From Macrostomum lignano (lineage: Eukaryota), in NCBI GenBank assembly GCA_002269645.1, contig NIVC01003466.1, forward strand, positions 32,447 to 96,446: a DNA stretch of 64,000 bases, given 5' to 3'. How positions within the stretch are numbered: position 1 is the stretch's first letter; each line of letters begins with the position of its first letter. Shown in pieces: positions 50,396-63,039 of this stretch. The position numbers and the translations under genes are program-made. The notes below the pieces were generated by a model. It had not been told where the DNA came from. It saw nothing but the letters and a program-made list of their open reading frames with translations, and searched no databases.

Positions 50396-51244
50396 CACCC
50401 TAAAATCAGAGCTGAATCAGCTTTCGAACTCGTATCAGACTATCAGTGGTTCACTCCATCACTTATTTGCACTTTTCGATTTTGCAACCCGAGCCAGAAT
50501 GCCGGAATTATATTTGCTTCTGCTTTTAATTTCCTTTCTGGCAGCAGAAATCAAGCAATTGACCGGGGATGGGGAACTAGATTAGCAACGCTTTGTTGTG
50601 CGCGGGAGTGTGAGTGCGTGAAAGGTGATATCCTCATTTCCAACTGTGGTGCCAACCCCCCTCCGGGCCAGCCTCTTCAGCTCCCGCCAGAGAGAGTAGG
50701 GGCGATGAGGGCGAGATCTCATTACCCCAGCAGGGGCCGGTGGGCAGAGATATGTTCCTTCCTGTAAGAAGGCGGGCGCAATCGTGAAGATTGGAATAAA
50801 AAACCGACTAGAGAGAGTGGGAGAGGAGAGAGAGGGGGAGCAGACCAGGACAGAGTGGGAACGGACAGAGGGGGATGCATTTTCTTTTGCAGCAGCGGCA
50901 GACCGAGTGCGGCGGCCATTAGCGGTTTGGCTCTCTCGGCTTGGCGCGCGAGTCCATTAGGGCTCGGCGCGTGAAAGAACTGGCGCCCTCCATCCCCTGT
51001 TGCAGGCCCGGACTGGACGAGCCCCCGTTCCCTTGTCAGCGGCGCGAGGAGTGAGCAAGCGAGGGCGAAGATGGAGGAAGCCTCTCTCCGTGCGATTTCC
51101 CCTTTTCTAATTCTGCTGCTGCTACTGATTCCTCTGGCGGGCTTCATCGCCTCAGCTCAGCATCAACCCCCCCCGTTCTAAACACGACAGCAAAATAACC
51201 TTCTGATGCTCGTTTCCTGAAACCAGGAAACTGAGAGTGCTCAA

Positions 51245-52055
51245 AAGTCCAACTGATCACGGATACACAGTATGACAATGAATCCAACTGATCATGGACT
51301 CAGAGTATGACAATAAGTCCAACTGATCACGGACACACAGTAGGACAATGAGTCTAACTGATCACGGACACACAGTATGACAATAAGTCCAACTGACCAC
51401 GGACACACAGTAGGACAATGAGTCCAACTGATCACGGACACACAGTATGACAATAAGTCCAACTGACCACGGACACACAGTAGGACAATGAGTCCAACTG
51501 ATCACGGACACACAGTATGACAATAAGTCCAACTGATCACGGACACACAGTATGACAATAAGTCCAACTGATCACGGACACACATTATGACAATAAGTCC
51601 AACTGATCACGGACACACAGTAGGACAATGAGTCCAACTGATCAAGGAAACACAGTATGACAATACTCGTAAGTCCAACTGATCACGGACACACAGTATG
51701 ACAATAAATCCAACAGATCACGAACACACAGTATGACAATAAGTCCAACAGATCACGGACACACAATATGACAATAAGTCCAACTGATCATGGACACACA
51801 GTAGGACAATAAGTCCAACTGATCACGGACACACAGTAGGACAATGAGTCCAACAGATCACGGACACACAGTAGGACAATGAATCCAACTGATCACGGCC
51901 ACACAGTAGGACAATGAGTCCAACTGATCACGGACACACAGTAGGACAATGAATCAAACTAATCACGGACACATAGTAGGACAATGAGTCCAACTGATCA
52001 TGGACTCAGAGTAGAACAATAAGTCCAACAGATCACGGACACACAGTATGACAAT
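51245..52055. repeat. 35-bp minisatellite (aagtccaactgatcacggacacacagtatgacaat)
   Basis: Tandem copies. Confidence 0.96.
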
Positions 52056-52739
52056 CATGGTTCTGAGACAAATTAATCACAAAAAGATATCAGTCCTGAT
52101 CAAAGCTGGGCACAGTTTCAAACATCAAAAGGCAACTATAATGACCTTTAAGCATCACCGTAACCTAATATAATGACCTAAATAGCCACCAGATGGATAA
52201 TAAAACAATCTACATCGAAGTTCCACTCATTCTCATTCCACTCGTAGAAACAAACTAGAACTCAATCTACGAGCTCAAAGTCTCCCCATAGCTTGAATCG
52301 GTGAGGAGCAAGGGAGAGAAACTGAAGCAATCCATTGTGCCTGGAATTTTCCCCATGGGATAAACTCACCACCCCCATCAGCCGTTCCCCATAAAGCCGT
52401 GGCTACTATAAGAAAATTCCCGTTTACGCCTACAGAGGATGGGGGATTTTGATGAAAATGGACTCAGAGTAGCTATCGGATGGAGCGGAGCGGAGGGGAG
52501 AAATATCCCCGCCTTGATCCCCTGCGCGAGTTGCGTGAATTGTGAGGGATTCCTGACTCAGCACTGCTGCATGACTGACTGACTGCCCAGTTTGAGTATT
52601 AGGCGATTCGGATGGGAGAAATGGACGAGTTCGGGGATTAAGACACCGATTGACTGATACGCCTCTTGGCTATGCAAATTCGAATGCACTGTCGAAAGCG
52701 AACCAAGCTAAGAGCTGGCTTTACTGATTCTCTGTGGTC

Positions 52740-53420
52740 CTCTGGAGGCCTGTCTTTAGTCTTCTGTCCTTCAGAGGCCTGTCTCTAGTCTTCTGTCCTT
52801 CAGATGCCTGTCTCTGGTCTCCTGTCCTTCGGAGAGCTGTCTCTAGTCTCCTGTCCTTCAGAGGCCTGTCTCTAGTCTTCTGTCCTTCAGATGCCTGTCT
52901 CTGGTCTCCTGTCCTTCGGAGAGCTGTCTCTAGTCTCCTGTCCTTTGGAGAGCTGTCTCTAGTCTCCTGTCCTTTGGAGAGCTGTCTCTAGTCTCCTGTC
53001 CTTTGGAGAGCTGTCTCTAGTCTCCTGTCCTTCAGAGTCCTGTCTCTGGTCCCCTGTCCTTCGGAGAGCTGTCTCTAGTCTCCTGTCCTTTGGAGAGCTG
53101 TCTCTAGTCTCCTGTCCTTCGGAGAGCTGTCTCTAGTCTCCTGTCCTTTGGAGAGCTGTCTCTAGTTTCCTGTCCTTCGGAGAGCTGTCTCCTGTCTCTA
53201 GTCTCCTGTCCTTCAGAGAGCTGTCTCTAGTCTCCTGTCCTTCGGAGAGCTGTCTCTAGACTCCTGTCCTTCAGAGGGCTGTCTCTAGTCTCCTGTCCTT
53301 CAGAGGCCTGTCTCTAGTCTCCTGTCCTACAGAAGGCTGTCTCTCGTCTCTTCAGAGGGCTGTCTCTAGTCTCTTCAGAGGGTTGTCTCTAGTCTCCTGT
53401 CCTACAGGAGAGATCCTACA
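52740..53420. repeat. 28-29 bp minisatellite (tctctagtctcctgtccttcggagagctg)
   Basis: Tandem copies. Confidence 0.94.
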
Positions 53421-54339
53421 GTCTCTATCCTCTTGTCCTTTAGAAGGCTTGCCATCCTTGGCACGGTCTCTACACCTTTGCACTCCAACCCTGAAGTGTC
53501 ACATTCCCTCGTATATTTACTCGTAGTAACTAAATTTTCTTTTAGAAGCAAATGTAATCTGGCCTGTAATCTACAAAATACGCGCATAAATTCTTACCAA
53601 CCTGGCAATGCCAGTAGAGAGCTGTTCAATACTCGGAATTCAAACTTGAACCAGACAAACTAAGCAGTGGGAGAAACTGAATGCTTTATTATTGGTTGAA
53701 GAAGTCAATCTGCTGCTTTCGCTCTAGACGTAGGGCACGCGGACTGAAATTTTTAGACTCAGAAAGATGTCGGGGCCCGTTGGATTCATTACCGACAGAC
53801 AGAGGCTGAAGTCACAGCGGCGCCCCGTCCCCAACTCCGAATCCGTGATTGGTCCGGTCAGCATCTCTCGCCTGGTATTAGCCAGCCAGCTCCCAGACTC
53901 CCAGACTCCTCATCAACGCTTCATCCCTTCGGGAAGTGCGAGAACTCGGGAACTGGGATAAATGGGAAAATAGGAAGTATAGGAAGAGTTGTGATAAATC
54001 TGGAGTCTGGGTGAGAGTAGGGGAAAGGCGATTTTGCGCTTTCACCCCATCATTTATCCTGTCCCTGGGATCAAGCGAAGATCTCCCAGTCCGAAATTGG
54101 ATGGCAAAGTGGGGGGGCGGACCGACACCCTCATTTCTGCTGCTAGAGGAAAACTGCTGAATTGAAAGGAGAGTGGCATGGATCAAGATGGCTGAAGGCG
54201 GATTCCCTTTGGGTGACTGGCGAGCACGCGTAATGGATTAGCCAGTGGGTCGGTGCGTGACGCGATGCTCGTATAGAAAACGAAAGACCAGCAAAAATTG
54301 AAGCAGATTTACAGCCAGCAGTTCACAGCCTTGTTCAGA

Positions 54340-54514
<175 letters not shown>

Positions 54515-55829
54515 CTTCCCGGACTGCTATTACCCTTATTGCAACGAACTTAAGATGAGGGTTCCAGCCGGTCAGTGACAGTTTGAGCAAGGAAAAATTT
54601 CCCTCACCTAAACTTAATGGTATGATTTCGATGTCTATAATTATTGCATCTTGCATAAACTAGCGTATTTGTTTATTTTAATTAACTATTCTACCCAAAT
54701 CAACAACCGCTACTGTAAGTAGGAAAAGTTTCTATAAAATGTATCCAGCAGCACTATAGACTAAGTGAACAAAGCCAGCAGTATCAGCGCTAAATGCGCC
54801 AGCGAAGTACACTTGGAAATGTACATCATCATCCGTGCCCTTAAACAATGCCTCTCAGTGCTGTTTAAATCTTAACAATCAAATCTCACAGAATTATTCA
54901 CAGGATGCTTGATAATGGTTCCAACTACATAAAAAACTTAAAATTCGCACAGCCTACTTATGTTAGGAAATTTATCAGTAGTACGAATTCATTTTTTTTA
55001 GAATTATGAAAATTCTCAATTATCTTCACTACTAGATGAAAATGCGTGATTGACGGAGAAATTCTCGATATTTTCTGGTGTTGAACATTCTGGGTATTAT
55101 TCTGTGGTCTAATCCTGAAATCTCGGTACACTTATAAAAGTACATTAACCTGTCCAGCTGTCCAGCAGTCAGTTGGGGTTAGGTGTGGAAGGCATCGAAG
55201 GCGGGGTGCGAAATTTCAGCTCCATCACCGAGAGATCGCTGACAAAAAATAATAAAGACCAACCGTTATCAGATGTCAGACAGGCCTGGAGCGGCGTCCC
55301 CAAGCATTCTCTGATCAATTATTCATTGCACCGAGCCCATGGCGAGGCTGCCGGCAGCTGCACAACTGGAATGGAAGCGGAAAATTCCACTGAGTCTGCA
55401 TGCGGCTGCTGCTCAGATACTATAGCAGTGTACAGTCGCTATAAGCTTCTACATCGTTGAGTTTTCATTTCAGGCCACTCATCATGTTGCAGTCTCTCTT
55501 CATCCTTATTCGTATTTACTTTCATCGCTGCCTGACTAAACTGAATTCCATTCTAGCAAGTTTTGCTGAGCCAACTTCTCACTTCTGATGTAATTACACT
55601 GTAGTTTATCAGTTTAGTATCAGCGGTGAAGTCAGCCACACTTGCATTTCGCTCAATTAAAAGTTGAGGAAGGCTGTAATTCTCTCGTTACAGTTTATCT
55701 CTCTCCACAGGGCCCAGTTTCATATAATTTACCAGCTAAATAAGCTACGAGACTACGAGCTAAAAGTTATTTTGCCTTTTAGTAGAGGCTTGATTAGCGA
55801 AACTTGGGAAATTTGCAACAACGTGTCCA

Positions 55830-56160
55830 TAGTCACCTGGTGCCACCTGTTAAAGGTACCGACGGCGTCGGGGTGATGACTGAATGCTTGACTTAACTAG
55901 CTGAGGGTGTCCAGCAGTTGAGGTTTGCAATTTATTGAAGCTTGATAAAAAATCTGACATAGTTGCAATAGGATCTTCATAGTCACCTGGTGCCACCTGT
56001 TGAAGGTGCCGACGGCGTCCGGGTGATGACGGAATGCTTGAGAGAGTAGCTGAGGATGTCCAACAGTCGAGGATTGGCCGCTGTCGAAACTTGAGAAATT
56101 CGCATCAAGGTGTTCATAGTCACTTGGTGCCACCTGTTGAAGGTCTAGAAGCACCGCCTG
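55830..56160. repeat. Three diverged units of about 140-150 bp
   Basis: agtcac[c/t]tggtgccacctgtt at about 55831, 55981 and 56118. Confidence 0.75.
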
Positions 56161-57127
56161 GGTGAAGGCCAGTGACCAACGAAGTCAGAGCTGATGCAGA
56201 CACATGTGGTCGACGTGCTGATGAAATTTGGAGGCTTGGCAAGGCTGCACTGAGACGCAGTGCTGATTGGCGTACAGTGGTGTATTGAATACACTAGGGC
56301 TTATGGGAAAAATCCGACCTTCTAACAGAATCGTCGAATATCTCGACGGTCCGGAGGGCTGGCGACTTGATTCTTGTTTTAAAAAATGCGCAACAAAAAG
56401 TTAGCTCGTGTTCTTGAATTTCATGTACCTTCGTTGCTCCGTTGCGGCCCAGCAAAAATATTGTCAGGGTGGGAATTCCCCCCCTTGTGGTAGTTCTACT
56501 GTTAATGTGACCTAGTATGCCCATAGACATACACGGAAAAGGCAAGCAAGTTGATGATTCGGCCATAGACATCAGCACAAAGAAGGATGCCAGCAGCCGC
56601 CTCTCTAATTGAGTTCGCTGCTCACAGCTGCTTGTTTTTATCACAGTACCCAACGCACGCTTCTATGGTGCAAAAAAGCATTGCTGCAATATAGCTCGTA
56701 GTTAGTCAATTATGTCGACGCACGGCTTCGCGCGCTGGTGTCTGGGTCGTTGCTGCACTCAAAAGCCGTGCGTTAGGTCTCCATTGAAGTTATGCTTAAA
56801 CATCGGCTTCTATGCAGTGATGATCAGAATTATGCACTACTATTATTTTCCTATCAAGTTCCTATATTCTCGCGAGTATGATATTTTAGTCGGACTATGC
56901 AAGCCTTTGCCATTTTCATCTGAAGCTCGCGTTCTGCTGCGTCATCGTGGTGAGCGTCATTTCGTTGACCTTCATTTGTCCCGTTCTGCTGTTGTTGTAG
57001 TTTCCTGTTGTCTATTAGTCAGATTACATTCTTCCCCGGTCTCTCTAACCCTCCCCTCTCTCTATACCTAATATTTTCCTCTACCCCTCTCCTTCCTCTG
57101 GAATCTCACTTTTCCTTCGTCAAGTCT

Positions 57128-57399
<272 letters not shown>

Positions 57400-57778
57400 C
57401 CGTGTCTCCTTTCAGCAAAGTACCGTAGTCTTCCTCCCCTTCAACTAAAAAAAACTTTTGCCTGGCTCGTCAAAAGCGGCAGGCAGGAGCGGATTGGTCG
57501 CAGATGATGTCCCAAAAATGCATGCATTGGCCTTGTGGACCAGTCGCCCTTCTCTATCCCCTTCTCCCTTTCTTCCCTCCATCCCTCGCCAGCGTTAAGC
57601 CTCTCCACCCACGCGCTTCTTTATCGGAAACAGAGCAGGCCTAACGGGGCCACTAGAACGGGGCTGCGGATTTCCCATATAGCTTCTTTAAAATTTATTC
57701 TAGCTAGAAAAGTTGGAAAAAGACATCTAGCAGTTGAAAAGCAGAAGAAAGCAGAAGAAATCTGTTTTTGTTAGAGTG

Positions 57779-57825
57779 ATGTCGGCTGGGTCCAGGCAGC
57801 AACCAGGTGGCGACGGCGCTGAGCG
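57779..57825 (+). CDS. HHD-domain protein, probable first coding exon
   Basis: tttttgttag|a gtg ATG SAGSRQQPGGDGAE cg|gtaagt; phase 2 fits the next exon. Confidence 0.6.
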
Positions 57826-58437
57826 GTAAGTGGCTCAAGCGGATCTTTTCTTTCATCTTTAAAATCTTGAATAGTTGACTTTGTGTACTTTGTGTCTGAG
57901 TACTCTGTCTTGCTCTTGGTCTGCTTTTTCAGCCCTGCCTGGGCTTTATCTCAGCTCTGCACTTCAAATTTATTGACCTCTTCCAATTTTTACATATCCT
58001 TTTCTCTTTTTTAGCTTTGCTTGTTGTCTAATACTTTTCTCAAATTTCATGTGCGTCCATGTGCTATACCGAAAATTTGATGATTTAATCTCCTCTCATG
58101 CCACATCCTCTCATCTTATCTTCTCTCCCATCATCCCATCTCCTCTCATCTCATCTCCTCTCCCCAGAGATTCACCCTCCTCTATTTTCCCTCCTTTCTG
58201 CTTTCCTTTCTTCGCCTCCTCTCCTCTCTCACCAAGAAAGCTGGACTCTTACTTAGGAAAATTTCCCCCAACTTCATGAGCCGCCTCCGCTCATCTCCGT
58301 GTAATCAGGTGCAAAAACTGAACCTGACAATTTCGAATTTTTCGAAATTGTCACGACGCAACACTATTGAATCTCTATCCGTTTTAAAAGCTTCTCATTT
58401 TTATGGTGGAGCTAGAAACTACTTTTACTCCTGGGGA

Positions 58438-58650
58438 AGTGCAGCTCCGAGGTAACGGGTCCGACTCTCGCCCTAAGAAGCATGGGTTCAGTCCTTAGGG
58501 CCTTGGGTACATAAAAATTGGCCCACAAGGGGGAGGGTGGGGGCGTTGTCGCGCGATTCAGACTATGAGGGCCAACCCCAAGGCACAGAGAGTGTGCATG
58601 CCTCTGTGTTCAATTAGAAAGCCAGGACCGCTGTGCACCTTCGAGCACCC
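58438..58650 (+). mobile_element. SINE family A, diverged 5' half
   Basis: Degenerate tRNA-like head then gactatgagggccaaccccaaggcacagagagtgtgcatgcc. Confidence 0.7.
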
Positions 58651-59269
58651 GCAAGTTCGGTTCGTGCAGTTCACAAGGCGAAAGTTCAGCTTATCTGTAA
58701 GAAATTTATTGCTTCGATTTCTTCGATTCTCACTTGCCTTCCCCATTTTCTCTCGTTACCCTCGGCTCAATTCTCCGCTAAGCAGCTGCAGCACCGGCCT
58801 CTAAATCTTGACTCCCCATCGCTGTCAGGCGGCCGCTTCCTTCGCTGAATTATTGATCTGCCCCGGTGCCATGGAATTCTATTCTGAGCGATCTTTTTGA
58901 GGAACCCTTGGTAGATGGGAGGACTCGCTCAACTACTCTGGAAAGCGTGGATACCTACTAAAATTTTAACCTTGTTTTCCTCCACTCCGAGAGAGCATGG
59001 GAATGGGTAAAGTACTTCGTACTCAGCTGGTAAATAAAGCCTTAGAGAGACTGCATGCATTGGTTGAAAAAGGTCAGGAAAACATTGGTAAACTTCCCCG
59101 TGTAAAAGTGCACAGAACTTTTTGGGGGCCGTATATCCTTGGGCGACTAGATTGACTAATTTCCCACCGTTTGGACTTCCGAGTATCATTATTGGCTAGC
59201 ATTTGCGTGGTCCGAGATTTATAAGCAAGCAAAAAACTAATCTTAAAAATACGAGGTACTCGCAGAGAG

Positions 59270-59452
59270 CTGTGGGCACCCTGGCGCAACGTCTTCGACG
59301 AAATCGTCTCACTGAGCGCACACAAGCACAGACACAGACATGTACACAGACACAGCACTCATGCACACGCTCACACAGGGTGTACAGCAGCCCTGACTTT
59401 CTAATCCTGTCAGGCATGCACACTGTGCCTTGGGGCACTCGGCCATCATGGC
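59270..59452 (-). mobile_element. SINE family A, 3' part
   Basis: Reverse complement of catgcctgac...gtcagggctgctgtacaccctgtgtgagcg...cgccagggtgcccacagc. Confidence 0.75.
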
Positions 59453-59472
59453 CCGCCCCGCTTCGGCTCCAG

Positions 59473-59983
59473 CTATGAAATTCCGGAACCTCCCGCCCGC
59501 AGCCGAGCCGCCGGGCAGCCGAGGCCGCCACCGGCATCAGAGCGCAGCCCGAGCCTCCGCCGAGCGGCCCACCAGCTGCTCAGCCGGGAGGAATGCGCCG
59601 CGTTCAAGGCCGCTCTGCGAGCCTTCCGTGAGACCACGACAGCTGAGCAGCTGGTGGACAGCCTGGCGCCCGTCATCGACTCGCCGAAGAAGCTGGGCTT
59701 GCTGCGCGACATCGCCCTGCTGCTGCCCGCAAGGCAGCGGGTTGACTTCGTCCGACTGGCCAAGCGGCGCTTTCCCGGCTCCGAGCGGCTGCTGCCCAGC
59801 GAACGCCGACCCGGCGACGACGGCGACGGAGACGACGATGTCGAGGGCGACGGGCTGTCAGCGGCGTCGTCAGCAGCGGCTGAGAGCGAAAAAATCACCC
59901 TGGCGGAGAGCGGGCCGGTGCGCCGGCTCAAGGGCGAGGCGGAGCGGCCACGAATTATCAAACTGAACTCGGCCACCTTTCAG
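59473..59983 (+). CDS. Harmonin-homology (HHD / HN-like) domain protein exon, whirlin/PDZD7/delphilin-like
   Basis: ctccag|YEIP...LLSREECAAFKAALRAFRETTTAEQLVDSLAPVIDSPKKLGLLRDIALLLPARQRVDF; resembles whirlin HHD1 (LL..E..F...L..Y....LV..L..LLDSP.K..LL); phase 2 to 0. Confidence 0.75.
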
Positions 59984-60575
59984 GTGCGTACAAATTGGCA
60001 GCCGCAGTAAACATTTTGCCTTATTAATCTCCAAATAGCAGGTGAAAGACTTTTTAAGTGCTCAGTAAAAATCGGGTGTCCTTACTTAAAAAAGGTGTCC
60101 TTCCACTTTAGTTGTCCATGTACCGCAGCTGAAGTGCATTTTCCAATAGTGCAGACGCGATCGGTTGTAAAGAAACGATCGGAAGAATGTGAAAAAGTTG
60201 AAACCCCCTTCATTTTGAGATGAGAAAGGGACGGGAATAAAGGGAATAAATGGAGATTCCATGTCAACTGAAGACTCAAAGCAAAGAGTTCAAAGGTGTA
60301 CGAAACATCCTAAGATTCTTGCAATTCTGCCCAATCATGTGATCTTGTGAGATTCTGCGCGATTTTTTTTGTTCCATTCTAGAGGAGTCTTAAATTCACA
60401 GGAAAGCACCATTTTTAATCTAAGGGAGGAACCCGGATGTGATGTCACAGCGTTTCTAGTCGAATTGCTCCGGAAAGATAGCGATTGCAGTTGGTTCTGG
60501 TTCGGAGCTTTGCTAAGGGCTCCATTCCAGTGCTTAAGCTGTTATCCCCTCTTTCTCTTTTTTACTCCTGTACAG

Positions 60576-61026
60576 GTGCGCTATAGGTCGCGCCTATCAT
60601 CAACATCATCGACCTCGCAGTCGGCTTCTTCAGCCTCGGCCGTGTCTGTCTCAGCTTCTAATTCTTCGCAGGAGCTGCCCCGTCACCATCTTCAGCAGCA
60701 GCAGCAGCAGCAGCAGCAAGAACAGCAACAACAACAGCAACAGGTGTCGCAAAATTCTGTCCGCGCTAGGGCCGCCTCAGTCGCGGGATTCTACAACCGG
60801 CGTGGCTCCTCAGCCGTCGCTGGCGTCTTCGGCGGGCCGCAGGACAAAGGTTTCTGGGCGTTGAACAGCCCGCGCCGTGGCCTGCAGGAGCTGCGGCGCC
60901 AGGAGAGACTGCAGTCGATTGGCGCGGAGGCGTCGGCGTCGCCGGGGTCGGTAACAGCAAAGGCACCCAATGGGTCGACGCACTCCTTGGCGACGCCAGT
61001 GTCTAGGCCGGGTGTCAGCTTCATGC
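60576..61026 (+). CDS. HHD protein exon, Ser-rich and poly-Q
   Basis: long pyrimidine tract tacag|VRYRSR...polyQ...GVSFM c|gtgagt; phase 0 to 1. Confidence 0.7.
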
Positions 61027-63039
61027 GTGAGTTGCGGTTTCATTGGGGACACAGATACCTATTGTAGAAAGGCCTTGCATAGCGTGTTTCCAGTGATACA
61101 CAGCGGTAGCGGTGCTCTGCAACTGTCACGCAGACAGAGACAGCTGCCTGCATGGGCTGGGAACAACGTTCTACCGATCCGGACGACTACTGTGGTAATG
61201 ATTAGTAATGAATTAGTTGGCATTCCCATATGTCTCGCTCCCTTGCTCTCTCTCTCTCTCTCTCTTATCTCTCCAGCACACGCAGTTGACAGCAGTTCGT
61301 AGAGCACTTACTCAATCTCTAACATCCGGTTGCGATGTTGTCACAGAGATGTAGAGAAGCCAAGTGCATCTTTTCAAGCGCTTATTTCGTCGCAGAAATT
61401 TCATCGATATGCACGCGTGTGCATATGATATTAGCCAATAGCAGACAGAAAGCAAAGGCACTACTATCAGGGTCTCATTTTTATTCGTACGAATTGCAAT
61501 TTACATATTGGATCGCCTACTGATTCAATGGGTATACAGCATTAGCTGCGAAATAGTGCACCATTGATTTCAAAATGGGCAAGGGACAGTGCGGAAATTC
61601 CAGACTAACACAGGAGTCAGGCTACGAGGTTGGGGCTGAATTAGGCTGGCTTGGTCATTCCGGCTTTCAAAGAGCCAGCGATCTTCAAATTAAAAGTCCA
61701 GCGCCTCTCATCCAGGCCCAGCCATTTACGACGCCGAAGAGATGACGGGAGGAGGGCGGCGGACTGGCCACTTTCCTAGAACTGCCAGCTGATTGAAATC
61801 TGGGGCAGAGGCGGGGCTGGAGGTTCGGCTGGGCATCAATTTTGTCGCACAGAGAGGGAGAGAGAGGGAGAAAGAGATGGTGAATGATGGAATGAAAGTA
61901 AAACCGACCGTCACTGCACAGGAATCAAACAAAACATTGGAATGTAGAAAAATCGGCCCCATATGGGCGAATCCGCGGTCGGACGTCAATCCTCCAGACT
62001 AAACTAATAAAAAACGTACGGCAACATTTCAGTTGGAAATTTAAGCGCTTACGCTTGAAACAATACAGTTAACTGCAGCTTTTATAGTGCATGAGCGCAT
62101 TCCGGGACAATCCATCAAGTCCTGCAAAGTCGACCCCGAGTCTGCTGAGCGGGAGAGGAAGAAAGCGGGCTGGCTTGCTCCACTCTTTCATCTTCTTTCG
62201 TGACCCGCTCTTTTGGGTTTTTGCTCTTTCGTCTCCCTTGCCAGCCGCCTGGGAGGAGCGGAAGTCGCCGAAAGGGGAGAGCGGCCCGGAGGTAAATCCG
62301 CTTACCAATAAAGAAAGAGAAAAAGTGAAGGGGAAAAACGAGGAGTGGAGGAAGTGGGGCGCCGAAGCTTTGCCTTTTCTGATGTGAACCGGCCGCCGGT
62401 GTCTCTTCCTTGGAAGGAAGTCGAACCGCGGAGAGCTGCTGCAACTGCACGCTGCTGTCCCTGCGGTTCCCTTCAATCCCTCTGCCTCTGCGTGACTTGG
62501 CAGGTAAAAACAAAAAATGAAGAATGGAGATGGCGACCGCTGCTAAGAAGCGAATGAATCTGTTCTGGTACGCTCGTAGCTTTTGCAATCCGACTGCGTG
62601 GCCAGTGGCTACTTTGTTTGAAAACACGAATTCGCACTTTTAGCTAAGATTTAGTGTGCTTAGATCGTCGCCACAAAATGCTATCGAGGTCTTAGGCTGG
62701 GTTGTCAATAATGAGGTTCCGGTGCAGCTCCGATCCATCCAGTTCAGTTTTCGCTGAAGATGTGGTTTGCTCTGGTATACTAATTAAAATGTGCTCTTTT
62801 AAAAAACCGGAAGTAGCTCGTAAGCCGGACCTGAACTGGATCGGAACCGGATGATCATGAATTCAACCTTTAAGAAGTTTTTGAAACCTACTGTATAGTA
62901 TAAGGCTGAAAGGTGCTGTTTATACAGACATGACGAGTTGAAATCAAGCAAAATCTAAACACGTCAGTCAAAATGTCAGACGTTGACAAGCGTTCTTTCA
63001 AGTGCCTAAAATAGCAGCATATAGAGCGTTTTCGATGCA

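Noticed and set aside
4698-52055. Regular 21-44 bp arrays as CRISPR arrays
   Set aside because: Units are head-to-tail with no unique spacers, there are no cas genes, and the context is eukaryotic
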